A DNA stretch of 64,000 nt from the human T2T-CHM13v2.0 reference genome, Homo sapiens. The stretch lies in the NCBI RefSeq assembly GCF_009914755.1, contig NC_060947.1. One strand, written 5' to 3'. How positions within the stretch are numbered: position 1 is the first letter of the stretch; each line of letters opens with the position of its first letter. Both the position numbers and the translations under genes were made by a program. The notes beneath the pieces are model-generated. The model worked only from the letters and a program-made list of their open reading frames with translations. It had not been told where the DNA came from and ran no database searches. Of this stretch, positions 1 to 13,389 are shown in pieces.

Positions 1-210
1 TTGTACCATCCCACACTGTTGTTGCCTTGTATTATTGCTTTACTAGTCTCTGTTTCTAACCAAACTGCAAATTTCTTTGGCAATAGAACCTAGGCATCAT
101 TGTTTTGTATTCCTAACCCCCATTCTCCTGTCAATACTGTGCTTTGCACATTATAGGTATTTAGTTGTGAGTATTGCTGAAAATTTTTCACATAGGTCTG
201 AATCACTTGA

Positions 211-551
<341 letters not shown>

Positions 552-834
552 ATAATTCTTTTTTTCTCTGTGAGAGCAGAGATATTAATTAATTATGTCC
601 GCTGTTCTTATGCAAGATATGCCTTTTTACTAAGATGCAAGGATGAATGCATGCTAAAATAGCTGCATTTCTGCACTGATTAAGAATGAGCAATATATGC
701 AAACTGGTTGCTTGAAGTTCTTTGTTTAGAAATCCTACTTATTTATAGAACTCCCTAATTTACTCATGGAAAAACAGGCCTCTTTACTTATGAACTAAAG
801 CAAAATAATAATTGTTATGACAACGGTAGAAGGC

Positions 835-1062
835 CAATCTGGTAGCTTTTACACTTGTAACTTTATAACCAACAATAAAAAATACATTTTATATTATGAC
901 CCAGCACACACACACACACACGTGCACACACACACAATTGAAACAGATATTAGAAAAATGTGTAATATATTCCATTCCATTTTTTTAAATGTTTGTCAAA
1001 CCCATTAAATTGATTTCCCAACCCACCAATGGATTACAACCTACAGTTTGCAAAACACTTGT
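835..1062. mobile_element. hAT-Charlie DNA transposon remnant (MER119-like) containing a (CA)n tract
   Basis: Terminal motif 'cccattaaattgatttcccaacccaccaatggattacaacctacagtttgcaaaacact' and 'attatgacccagcacacac...gaaaca' resemble recalled MER119. Confidence 0.5.
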
Positions 1063-2214
1063 CTAATAGGATTATACCCTTGGCAGAGGTTGGAAATGCA
1101 TGTCATCATAGGTTCTCAGCCTCTCCCGTGAGAGACGTAATGAAAGAGGTCAGAACACCTCCTCCATCTACAGGTGGAGGCTGAAGAGCCAGGCCTGATA
1201 CAATACCTCCTCTTTTCTGCCCACCATCTACTCCTAGTTGCCAGCTATAAGCAATTTGGGCAAGTAAAGATTCTGTCCTTAAGACAAGGTATAAAACACT
1301 GAAAATAGCATTTAATTATGTCTTAGACATTGTGTTTCTTTGGGTCTGAAACCCTTTAACCAGTCTCTGTGGGTCCTAAAATTTTCTTTTTGTGATTAAC
1401 ACAAGCAAAGCACAGTTTGGTTCAACTGGGGAAGCATTCTTTATTCTGTCAGATCTTGAAACAAAAACTAAAGGGACTAACTAAAAATCCTTGTGAAAAA
1501 TAAACTCAATACAATTTGGAAATATGTTGTTATTGAAAAACAAGAAGACTTCTATTATGGTAAAAACAAGAGCTCTTCCCTTTGAGTATCATCTCAGAAT
1601 TTCTGGTGGTTCAAAAAAACAACATTTTTAAGAAGTTCTGTTTTCTCACAAACTTCAGGATTTCTATCAAGCTGTCTGAAAACAAAATATTTTTGTTACT
1701 TAAACACAGCTGGCAGATTTGAGAGTGTTATACACAATTGGCCATATGTCAAAATATACATAGAGCATAATGCGCTTTATATGGCTTTAAAATAAGATAA
1801 TTAATTAAATGAAGAATATAGCACTATTCAGGAAAGTGAATGTAATATTTTGAAAACTTACACATGAATTCTCAGGCAAGTTTGTTAATAGATTTTTAGT
1901 GCTAGAGTGAAATTACCCACTCTTCCTTGCCATCCCAGTCCACATAATAAATATAGTCATTCTAACCACAGTGTTGGGATGATATACAATTCACAGTAGA
2001 CAAATTTCATCCCATAGGCACAGGCTCACTACTTCAACGACCTTTATCTGAGTATAAAATTTGACATACTGTCTCCAAGACAAAGTCAATCCTGAAATAG
2101 TTATGCTTATGGAAAGAATGGATAAAGGGCATGTAGATAATATTATAAAATCATTTATTTCTGTCTTTAGAATAAAATGAAAAGATACCTGACAAATAAA
2201 ATACAAATCCATGG

Positions 2215-2445
2215 GTAGCAGCACTGCAGAGCCCAGGGTCTGAAGGCTGGTTCTAATTCTGACTGTCATTTAATCATATATCAAGGGAATGTTACTTAAT
2301 TTCTCATACTCTCTTTCCTCGCCAGGAAAGTAAGGATAAGAATAGAATATATCACAGGAAGCTTCTGCAAAGATTAAATGAGATTATATTTGTAACAGGG
2401 CTTAGTTCAGTGCCCGGAACATAGAAAGCTCTCAATAAAAATTGT
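2215..2445. mobile_element. MIR SINE remnant
   Basis: MIR core-like 'gttacttaatttctc...agattaaatgagattatatttgtaacagggcttagttcagtgcccggaacatagaaagctctcaataaa'. Confidence 0.6.
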
Positions 2446-4697
2446 CAACAATGAATATACATGCTATAATTGGGACGATTATTATTTTTCACATATTTTG
2501 CTTCTCCAAGCTCAGCTTTGAGCTTCTAGTTCCATCACATGATTGCCAGGAGCCTGGGACTCTGCTAGATATCAACAGATGAGACAGTGGCATATTACTA
2601 AGAATTGAGTGAATGCTCATATTTATATAAGATCGAGATGCTTCTGTTTCATTCATTCATAGAGATTTAGCCATTTAGCCTGAAACTCTCATCTTCACCT
2701 AATGACTAGTCACATTTGTTAGAGTAGTTTCATGGTGCAGCTGAATGACACAGAAATGGTACATCCTTTTTACTCTCTATCCATCCTTACTTGACAGGCT
2801 CAGTTATCCAGTGCCATTCTCTGTGTACTCAGTCACATCAGGAGCTGCAGAACATGAGTACACAGCTCCTATGGGGAAAGCCCAGTGGTGATAATGCTGA
2901 AGTGCCATATGTGAAGATGATATAAAATCAAATTTAGGCAGAACAAAACAAACTGTGATTGTCACCTCATGCAGTGCAGTAAATGAAAAGACCATTAAAA
3001 TCTATGAATTAGTTCCTAAACTCTCACACTATGCAGATGAGATAAATTTCTTCATTGAGAGAACAGGATTCGAGTTTGTTGACCCAAACACAAAAATGTG
3101 CTTCTAGATCCTTGCAGCAGTTCAACATTAGAGGCAATGAAGTTTGAGTAACAATTTTTCAGAGTCTGATAGGCTAAACAGGGTTGATGGGTTTCCCCGT
3201 ATCTGATCTGCAAATCCCTTACGGTAGTTTTGAGAACAGAGCCCATTACTGTATCTTGACAAGGGACAGTCTCCACCATACACTTAGTGGTCACAGGACA
3301 TTCTATCTCTGTGTTGTGAACACAGTTACCTGAGGGAAATGTTGAAGCCATGTGACTTCCTCACATTATGCTAGCATTGTATTGCTTATTGGTGTAGAAT
3401 AAATCTTGCTGTTACTTAATGCAAAGCTCCTTTGCTTTGAGTTAATCAGAAGGTAATTTGAAGGAACTAAACATTACATTTAAGTCACTTTCAAAATATC
3501 TTGAATTTGGACATAGCCTAAAACTTTCTATGAATGAAAATGTTTTATATATTTTACATTAGTACCCAAATCACAGTTCTTTGTTTAACTGCTGAAAATA
3601 GAAATTTAAAAGGTTTCACAAATTGATTCGTGCTGAAAATGATGAACTATTTACTAAAAAAGATAAATTACTTAATGTCATCTCTAAAATAGACATCATA
3701 ACTCTGCTGATAATGTAGAACTTTTGAAAAAATACTATTGTGATAATAAAGAACAAAATAGTTTGGCAATTTATTAAGTGGTAAACTCTAGCATATAAAT
3801 TTAATGTATAAGTAATTTTCTGCTTATTGAATATTTGTATAATTTCAAATTTTAATATTTATTTTCTTATAATAAACAAGGTATTAATTTTCATTATACA
3901 ATATATAAGTGTACCAAATGGAATTTTGTAGAAATTAGGGTAATTATCTTGCCCTGGCTCATAGTGATTTGCAAAGTAATTTTCTTTAAGTTATTATGAA
4001 AAATACTCATGGCCCTTTCTTTATTCTCCCAATTTTATTTCAAAATTAGACCTTCTCTTCCTTAGTGCACGCGCTTACCATGCCCTAGTACATTGCACCC
4101 TAATGCAAATCTCTGGTTTAATATGAAAATTATATTTACCATTGATAGTGTAATTTAGTATCTGTGACAATACCATCTGTTAGAATTTGAATTGAAACTC
4201 TAACACACTTCTATTATGCTGAAATGAACACCTGTCCATTAGGTTCTAGACCTGAGACCAGGGATTCATTCTAAATCATCATTGAATAGCTATCCAGTGA
4301 TGACAAACAGACCATGTTTATTCGAATAAACTAATGGCAAAATCTCATTATAAATTCACCAAAGTGATCTATTCCCCTTTTAAAATGTATTGCTAATTTC
4401 TTCATCTTGTAATATAACTAAACAAAGTGACTATTTTTCTGGAATTTGAATAACAGAAATTATTGAGTTTGGTAAACTGCATGGAAACTGAGGACAAATT
4501 TATTTGAAGACAGACTGGGAGAAGTACATTTTTCTGGTCACTTTCAGTGCCAGTGCATGTGCCTGCCTGGTCTTATTTTAAAATGCAGGTTGAGGAACTG
4601 AATATAAGTTACCTGTCCAGCAAGTGTTACATCACCCACCCCGGATGCACTATCCTACAGGGCCACTGGGTATTACTAAGAACTCTCATTCCCCACC

Positions 4698-5061
4698 TGC
4701 TATGGTCTTTATGTTTGTATCTCCCTAAAATTTGTATGTTAAAACATTAACGCCCAAGGTGATGGTATTAGGAGGTGGGGCCTTTAGGAAACAATTTGGT
4801 AATAGAGGCAGAGCCCTCATGAATAAGATCAGTGTCCTTATAAAAGAGGCCTGAGAGAGACCTCACACCCCTTTCAACATGTGAGGACAGAGCCAGAAGG
4901 CACTGTGTATGAACCAAGAAATGGGCCCTCACCAAACACAGAATCTGCCAATACATTGATCTTGGACTTTTTAGCCTTCAGAACTGTGAGAAATAAATTC
5001 CTGTTCTTTAAGCCATCCAGTCTATGGTATTTTGTTACAGCAGCTCAAATGGACTAAGACG
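4698..5061 (+). mobile_element. ERVL-MaLR solo LTR (MLT1A/MLT1A0-like)
   Basis: Starts 'tgctatggtc', ends 'ggactaagac', contains AATAAA. 5-bp TSD ccacc (4693-4697) / ctacc (5062-5066). Confidence 0.88.
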
Positions 5062-6053
5062 CTACCCCACCCTCCCCTGCACCTTACATTTACAAATGTT
5101 TGTGTCCTGATGATATAAAATTGTTTCTTCCATTCCATTCCTTCACTCAGTGGTTAGGCTATTCGTTCCCCAAGAAGAGGGGAGAACCTCCCTCTCCAGC
5201 AGGAATTTACTGTATTTCCTCTGATCTAGAAATCACTGCCAGTTTCTTCCAGGTGATTACCCCAACACAGAATGGGATGATATATTTATTTCAACACTAA
5301 AGTCAAACATTAGCTCAGACTCTGTATCAGATATTCCATTTTTAAAATTCTAGCCATAAAATTTTCCAAGGTAATTTGGGAAATATGACTTCCTTCTAAT
5401 AGCGTGGTAGCTAAGTGTCAGTGACCATAAACTATTTCAAAAGAAAAAAATGCAAGCAAGTTCTGCTTGAGATTAGAAGGGGAAGATTTGTGTAAAATCA
5501 AGATGTGAAAGTTATAGCAGTTCCTAACAGCAAATTTTAAGGTTTGAAGATGGTGGTACTTTAAAGCTTAACCTTCAAAATTCTTCCATCTGCTAGATTA
5601 AAAAAAAAAAAATTAAGCTTAAAGAAAGATAACCTGAAAAAAAAGCACTTTCTTGCCAAAATCATTTGAATTATTTTTTTTGTCTAAAATAATTAGAATG
5701 TTTTCATCTATTCTGCAGGCTGCTTATTTTGACACAATGGTATTCTCAAGTTTTAGAATAATTTACTTAAAGAAAAACATAAATCTACATTTAAAAATAC
5801 TCGCTTTTTAATCCAAATTAATTTCTAATTATTTGGGTTTTCTGTGATGCTGCTGATTGAGAACAAATAAAATAAGCATGTACTAGAATGTCTATTTTAC
5901 ATCATATATAACTCATTTTCAAGCTGAGGCTCCAGGAGAATTGGACACAGAATTTGGCCTTTTAAATCCTCCCAAAAAAGCACATCTTTTATTGTTTTTG
6001 TTTTCCCCTCCATCCTCACCTAAATTGTCCTTTCTCTGCCTCTCTCCCGCAGA

Positions 6054-8376
6054 AATATATATGTATATAAATATATTTATATAATATATATTTATATATT
6101 ATATATAATATATACTTATATATTTTATATATAAATATATTTATATATTTATATATTTATATATATTATATATAATATATATTATATTTATATATGCAAT
6201 ATATATTATATATATGTTATATTTAATATATAATATATATATTTATATATTTACATATTATATATTTATAGTTATATAATATATATATTTATATATTATA
6301 TAGTTATATAATATATATATTTATATATTATATATTATATTTATATATTGTATATTATATTTATATATTGTATATTATATTTATATATTATATATTTATA
6401 TTATATATTATTTATATATTTATGTATATTATTTATATATAATATATAAATCTATAAATACAATATATATTATATAAATATATATATTATATTTCTGCAG
6501 GAGAGAGGCAGAGAAAGGACACTATAATATAGGACAATATATAATAAAGGAAAATAAATATAATATATAATATTTATATATAATATATAATATATATTTA
6601 TATTTATATATTATATATAATATAAAAATAAAAAATATATAATATGTAATATATAATATATAAATATATGTTTATATATTATATATAATTATGTATAATA
6701 TAAAATATAATATATAATATATAAATATATGTTTATATATTATATATAATTATGTATAATATAAAATATAATATATTATATACATAATATTATATTATAT
6801 TATATAAAATATAATATAATATAATATATAAATATATATTTATATATATATTTATATATATTTATATATATTTTTATATATATTTTTATATATATTTATA
6901 TATATTTATATATATATTTATATATATTTATATATATATTTATATATATATTTATATATATGTATATATATGTATATATATGTATATGTTTATTTATATA
7001 TGTATATTTATATATATGTATATATGTATGTATATTTATATATATATTTATATATATGTATATATATATGTATATATTTATATATATATTTATATATATA
7101 TTTATATATATGTATATATTTATATATATATTTATATATATATTTATATATATAAATATATATATTTTATATATATATTTATACATATTTATACATATCT
7201 ATATATATTTATATTTATATATAGATATATATTTATATATTTATATATATAGATATATATTTATATATTTATATATAGATATATATTTATATATTTATAT
7301 ATAGATATATATTTATATATTTATATATTTATATATAGATATATATTTATATATTTATATATATAGATATATATTTATATATTTATATATATAGATATAT
7401 ATTTATATATTTATATATAGATATATATTTATATATATAGATATATATTTATATATTTATATATAGATATATATTTATATAGATATATATTTATATATTT
7501 ATATATAGATATATATTTATATATTTATATGTAGATATATATATTTATATATATTTATATATATAGATATATATATCTATATATATTTATATATATAGAT
7601 ATATATATCTATATATATAGATATATATATTTATATATATCTATATATATAGATATATATATTTATATATATTTATATATAGATATATATATTTATATAT
7701 AGATATATATATTTATATATATTTTTATATATAGATATATATATTTATATATATTTATATATATAGATATATATATTTATATATATTTATATATAGATAT
7801 ATATTTATATATAGATATATAGATATATATATTTATATATAGATATATATATTTATATATAGATATATATATTTATATATAGATATATATATTTATATAT
7901 ATTTATATATAGATATATATATTTATATATAGATATATATATTTATATATAGATATATATATTTATATATATTTATGTATATATAGATATATATATTTAT
8001 ATATATTTATATATATTTATATATATTTATATATATTTATATATATAGAGATATTTTTATATATATTTATATATAGAGAGATATATATTTTTATATATAT
8101 TTATATATAGAAATACATATATTGATATATGTATTTATATATATTTATATATATTTATATATATTTATATATAATATATATAATTATGTTATATAATATA
8201 TTTATATATAATATATATGTAAATATATTGTATAACATAATTATATATAATATATATGTAAATATATTATAATATAATTATATATAACATATATGTAAAT
8301 ATATTTTATATATTTATATATTATATATAATATTTATATATATTATATATTTTCATATATTATACATATATATAAT
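6054..8376. repeat. ~2.3-kb compound (TA)n-rich tandem array
   Basis: Almost pure A/T, with sub-domains (TATATATT)n, (TATATAA)n, (TTTATATATA)n and (TATATAGATATATATT)n, and a 61-bp duplication at 6661-6780. The Y/I-rich ORFs at 6896-7304 are artefacts of the repeat. Confidence 0.98.
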
Positions 8377-10391
8377 TGTACCAGGTACTCATGCCTTGAA
8401 AACACTGAACAGTTAATGTCGTTTCTCCCCCTTCACTGAAGTTACTAAAATTATTTCCATAAAAGGCTTTACTTTTCCAAGAAAATAAAGATTATTTATG
8501 CAAATGACGATTATTTTCATGATCCTACTGTTTAACTCTGCAGAACTAGTTCTTTCCTATTCCCCTTGCATCTATCCTCCACGTTGTTTCTTGTCCTTGC
8601 TACTTCAGGTATTTTTTTTCCTCCTCTCCTTTTCACCATACCATCTGGCCAATTCAGCAGCAAGTTTATGAAAACACATTTTTCTGCGTCACAAAGAAAC
8701 AAATGGCTTGCAAATAGATGGATATTTGGGGCTTGATTGTATAGTTAATGCATGAACAAAATATAGATATAAATGGGAAAGGACAGAGAGATAGATTCAG
8801 TATCCATTAATCTTCTTCAAATAGTTTACCTTTTAACTGGGTACATGAAGATACAACCAAAGCAGAAGATGTGGGACTCGACATAGCCTTTAGATGGAAC
8901 CTGGACATACTAAGAGAATTCAGCATAAGAAAGCCCAATTATTGATTAAATGCACAACAGGTTTATGGTAAGTAAAAGGAGGGGCTCAGAACCTTGCGTT
9001 ACTTTTTCTGGTATTCTGCTATTAGATTCCCTGAGACAGCAAAAATGGGTAGAAAATTAGGTTTAGCTGAATTGCTGTGAACTGCACTGTCTTAGGGAAA
9101 GTAACATTAAACTTCCTCAGTAGGCCACACAACAGGTAATATAAGTAAGTTACTTTGAGGTCACTTACACATCCATTTACATCTTATTCTGGCTGTGGCT
9201 GCCTCAGGGACTTGGGAAAGTATCTGTGCTCCAGGTAAAGTATTAGACTCACTGCTACCCACAGCTGGTCCAGGAGTTTTTAAAATAAACACAAGAGAGG
9301 AAACTTGCTTAGGATCTCTACCTCTTTACCTCCAAGGTACCCAATTCTCTCTAACGCTCCCTGGCCATAAAGAGGGTTCAGTATCATCTTCTCCCCCAGT
9401 ATGTCCCCTATATTGGCAGTCATGCTGGTCCTGGAGGGGGCCTTCTGGGGGTAGCAGGGATCTGACCTTCCATAATCTTGTACTCTTCACCCAATCCACC
9501 AGACTTCTTTGCTACTCTGGTTTTTTGCAGCTAGGCTCATGAAAGACCAAAAAGTGAGCAGTGCATAGTATTTGAAAGTGAGGATGGCAGCAAGAAAAAC
9601 AAAGAAGCAATGAGCCATGTGGGTTGCACTCTCCAAAGGCTGCCCCTCTCCAACATGTATCTCAACATTATTTCTGCAAATGTTATGGACCCAGGGACTG
9701 AAGAAGTTTACCACTTGTGTGATGAAGTCAAAGGTGCAAATGTCATGGTTTCACATTCAAAGCCCTCTGTGCTTGATGGATACTTACAAAAATAATGCTA
9801 AAAAGCTGAAAGCCTACTGACATATCCCGCAGTTTACTGAGTGAATCTGCATTCCATGTGAACCTACATGTCATGTTCTAGCACAAAGGGCCACAGATCA
9901 ATGATACTCTATTTATTCTAAATTCACAGAAGGAAAAGTTGAAAATATAAAGAGTGAAATCAGAGTGGCTTCATTTTCTATTCACAATAGAGTATTAGCA
10001 AAAGTATTACCCACAACCACGATCCAACCAACATTTTCTAAGAGTCTTTCAAAATCTAACAACTTTGCATCAGTCATGGCCATCATCCAGAGGCCCTCAC
10101 TCTAATTCATCCTAGCTTAAGTAGACCTCAGTGGCAGAACTTTCTAATCTTTCCAATAAAGCAGAACTTTCTTTTAGTTTAGCTAAGTCACATTTCTTCC
10201 ATGTCCATTGCTTTAATTGCATAAGAGAAAGATCACTGGGATCTCTATGCTCACTGGCCTCTTTATGTGCCAGGCCCTTGATTACTGCTCACTCCTCAGA
10301 TAAACTGACTCTCCAATTGGCCTGCGAGCAGCTGTAACTTCTTAACTTCTTAGTTCTTATTATTCTTCCTCTCTCTCTCTTTCTCTCTCTG

Positions 10392-10539
10392 TTTAGAGAC
10401 GGGGTCTCACTCTGCTGCCTAGGCCATAGTGCAGTGACATGATCACAGCTCACTATAGCCTCAAACTCTGAGGCTGAAGCCATCCTCCAACTCAGAATCC
10501 CAAAGTGCTAGGATTACAGGCATGAGCCATAGTGCCTGG
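10392..10539 (-). mobile_element. Free Alu monomer (FRAM/AluJ-type)
   Basis: Single diverged antisense Alu arm ('gagacggggtctcactctg...ggattacaggcatgagcc') next to a (CT)n tail. Confidence 0.8.
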
Positions 10540-10954
10540 ATGACTCCTCTCTTTTTAATTACTTACATTTGGATTTTATACAATAAATCAAAATTTGTTC
10601 ATTCGGTTATCCATGGAGGAAAGATACCACCAGTTAGGTACCCAGTTCGCTTCACCAGTCAGGTACCCTGTTTACTTTAAGGAAGCATCAGTAATCAGCT
10701 CTGCAGTTTTAGTAATTCAATTCACCACAGATTGCTCAAGTGCCAACTATGTACTTAATACTTATATTGACTAGAAGTCTTAGAGTAACCTGTTTAAGTT
10801 AATATTAGCTATTCAATAACTGGGATACATTTATTCTAGTAGATTCTTAAAACAAGTTTTAAATAGGACACCTATGACTATCTTTTTTTACTGGTAAAAG
10901 GAAAAACACTTATTCTTTAATAACATGTTTGGATTTATGTTATTGCATTTTTGA

Positions 10955-11353
<399 letters not shown>

Positions 11354-11394
11354 TAATGAAATGATATGGGTTTAAGATACTGAAACTTTTTATG

Positions 11395-12610
11395 AATAAA
11401 TTCACTTATTAATTGAATAAGTATTTATTAACCTACTATGTGTCAGAAATTCTGTTAGTAAGGTGCTACGAATATAATGATCCATGCTGTCATTAAGCTT
11501 TAAGGCTGTCATTAAGCTTTAAGGCACTGGGGGATACAGAAGGGTAAATAGAGAGTTGTAACATAAGGTAATAAAAGGCAATGAGGAGACGTAAAAGTAT
11601 GATAAGAATAGGTAGAATGGGTTTCTCACCCACCCATAGGATGATCAGAGATGAGTTCATTTAGGAATCTAAAATGATATCAAAACTGTGACCTGAGGAA
11701 TGATTATAAGATATTGGGGCTGGGAGGAATGTTCTAGGCAGAGAAACAGTAGTGTGCTAGCAGAATTTTTCAGGCAAGTTATTAAACCATTTGCACCTTG
11801 AAATAGGCCACACTGGGAGTAATTATGCCGCAGAAATCTGTGAATGATCCAAATCAAGGCCTTCCCCTTCTGGAAGACCAGAATATGCCTCCCCAAAATA
11901 AGAAGGATTGTTAAGCTGAAGGCAGTTAAAAAGAAATAGATACAGGAGAGCTCTCTGCTCTTTCTCTATTTGCAAAGGTATCCTACCCTCCTCTCTACCA
12001 AGGAGAATGAAGTTTAACCACTGAAGACAGCTTTAGGCTCTCATCAGCCTAGAAATAATACCACAGGAATTTATAGTAGCAAGCTTTACTAACTAGCTTT
12101 TATCTGTCATTTATTGACCTTTCTCCAAGTTGCCACCTAATAGAGACTCAAAGTTCCTTTCCTTTGTCTTTCCACTTCTCTAGATATTTACTGTTCTTTG
12201 TTGAAGATGCTGTATAAGCTGGGATTCAAAGCCACCTCTTTGAGGATTACTCATTTTCTAGGTGTCTCTGATGTATATATGGAATCTACATATTAATAAA
12301 CTTGTTTGTTTTCTTTTGTTCATCTTTTGTAACACGGGTCCATTCTAACTACAAACTATGGGGATTTTTCCCCTATATTCGCCTATGCCCCACTCCCATC
12401 TGCAGCTAATTTACCTGTACTCCATTGGAAGTGAATGAGAGCACAGTCAATGAAGGAACTAAAAGTTATCTCAGTTTAGTGGAATGGTAGAAATGAGGCT
12501 GGAAAAGTAAGTAGGAGCCAGATCTTGAAGGACCATGTAAACAAGGAACTTGGAATTTGCCAAGAGGATGAAGGGGAAGCAATGAAGAGTTTTAAAGGAG
12601 AAAAGTCTTC
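11395..12610 (-). mobile_element. L2 LINE remnant, interrupted by an LTR at ~11868-12377
   Basis: L2 3'-end motif 'aataagtatttattaacctactatgtgtcag'. L2-like sequence resumes at 12430-12610 ('gatcttgaaggaccatgtaa...gcaatgaagagttttaa'). Confidence 0.55.
11868..12377 (+). mobile_element. ERV1 solo LTR (MER34/MER39-like)
   Basis: Start 'gaagaccagaatatgcctccccaaaat...gctgaaggcag', TATA-like 'tgtataagc', AATAAA at ~12295, end 'ttttcccctata'. Confidence 0.7.
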
Positions 12611-13389
12611 ATTCTGTTTGCATATTTAAATGCAAAATGTGACAGTAGTACGGAGAACATTCTGGACCAATACCATGTGAACTTCCTCAGAAACAAGTTG
12701 AAGGACATCAAGTAATTTGGAAAACACAGAAAAAGCATTCTCAATATGACAAGAGTACATCTGGGACAGATTAATCCCATGGCATATTGTAATAGTGTGT
12801 GTTCCACAGATGGAAAGGAAGGTAAAATAGATTATGAAAAATGTTTTATCTGCTGTCACCTGTAAGACAATAACCATAAATGGAAGTCATGTGTTGCATT
12901 GACCACAATGTCAATTTCAGCATTAAGACCCAAGAGAAAGCCAGCCAACAGATCATTCATTCACTTACTGTGAATATAATTCATTAACTGTGACATGATT
13001 CATTAAAATTTACCAATTAACTGAAAGAGACACCTATAAAGGTAATTTGGGGGGCTTTTATTGATGGTATTTTACAATTAAATTTTAAATAATGTTCATG
13101 TCACAAGCAATGTGAATATTTAACTGTATATTTTTATGATTCCGTAGCTTTCCTGGATTAAAAGAAAATGTATAATTTATTTTACAATAGACCCTTGATC
13201 ATTCACAAATTTAACATGTTCATAGCCCACATTCACTTAAAATATTGCCAATGCCCATATGAAATGCACATAATCCTGGGCTGGTTTGGGTGTTAGAATC
13301 AGTCATTTACCTAGTGAATGAGCCTACTCAACAGCCCTGCATCTGTACCTCAATGAGGTTTTATTGTTGATCACTTCAATACTGACAGA

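Noticed and set aside
1991-3351. Minus-strand ORFs and splice-like motifs in unique sequence
   Set aside because: No recognisable protein, and no consistent acceptor-donor pair around an open frame.
4316-4331. Perfect 16-bp palindrome GTTTATTCGAATAAAC with forkhead-like halves
   Set aside because: One or more such palindromes are expected by chance in 64 kb of AT-rich DNA.
6896-7304. Overlapping Tyr/Ile-rich ORFs on both strands
   Set aside because: Translation of the (TA)n array, not coding.
10627-10678. Imperfect 25-bp tandem duplication (caccagttaggtacccagttcgctt / caccagtcaggtaccctgtttactt)
   Set aside because: Old degenerate slippage product with nothing to suggest function.
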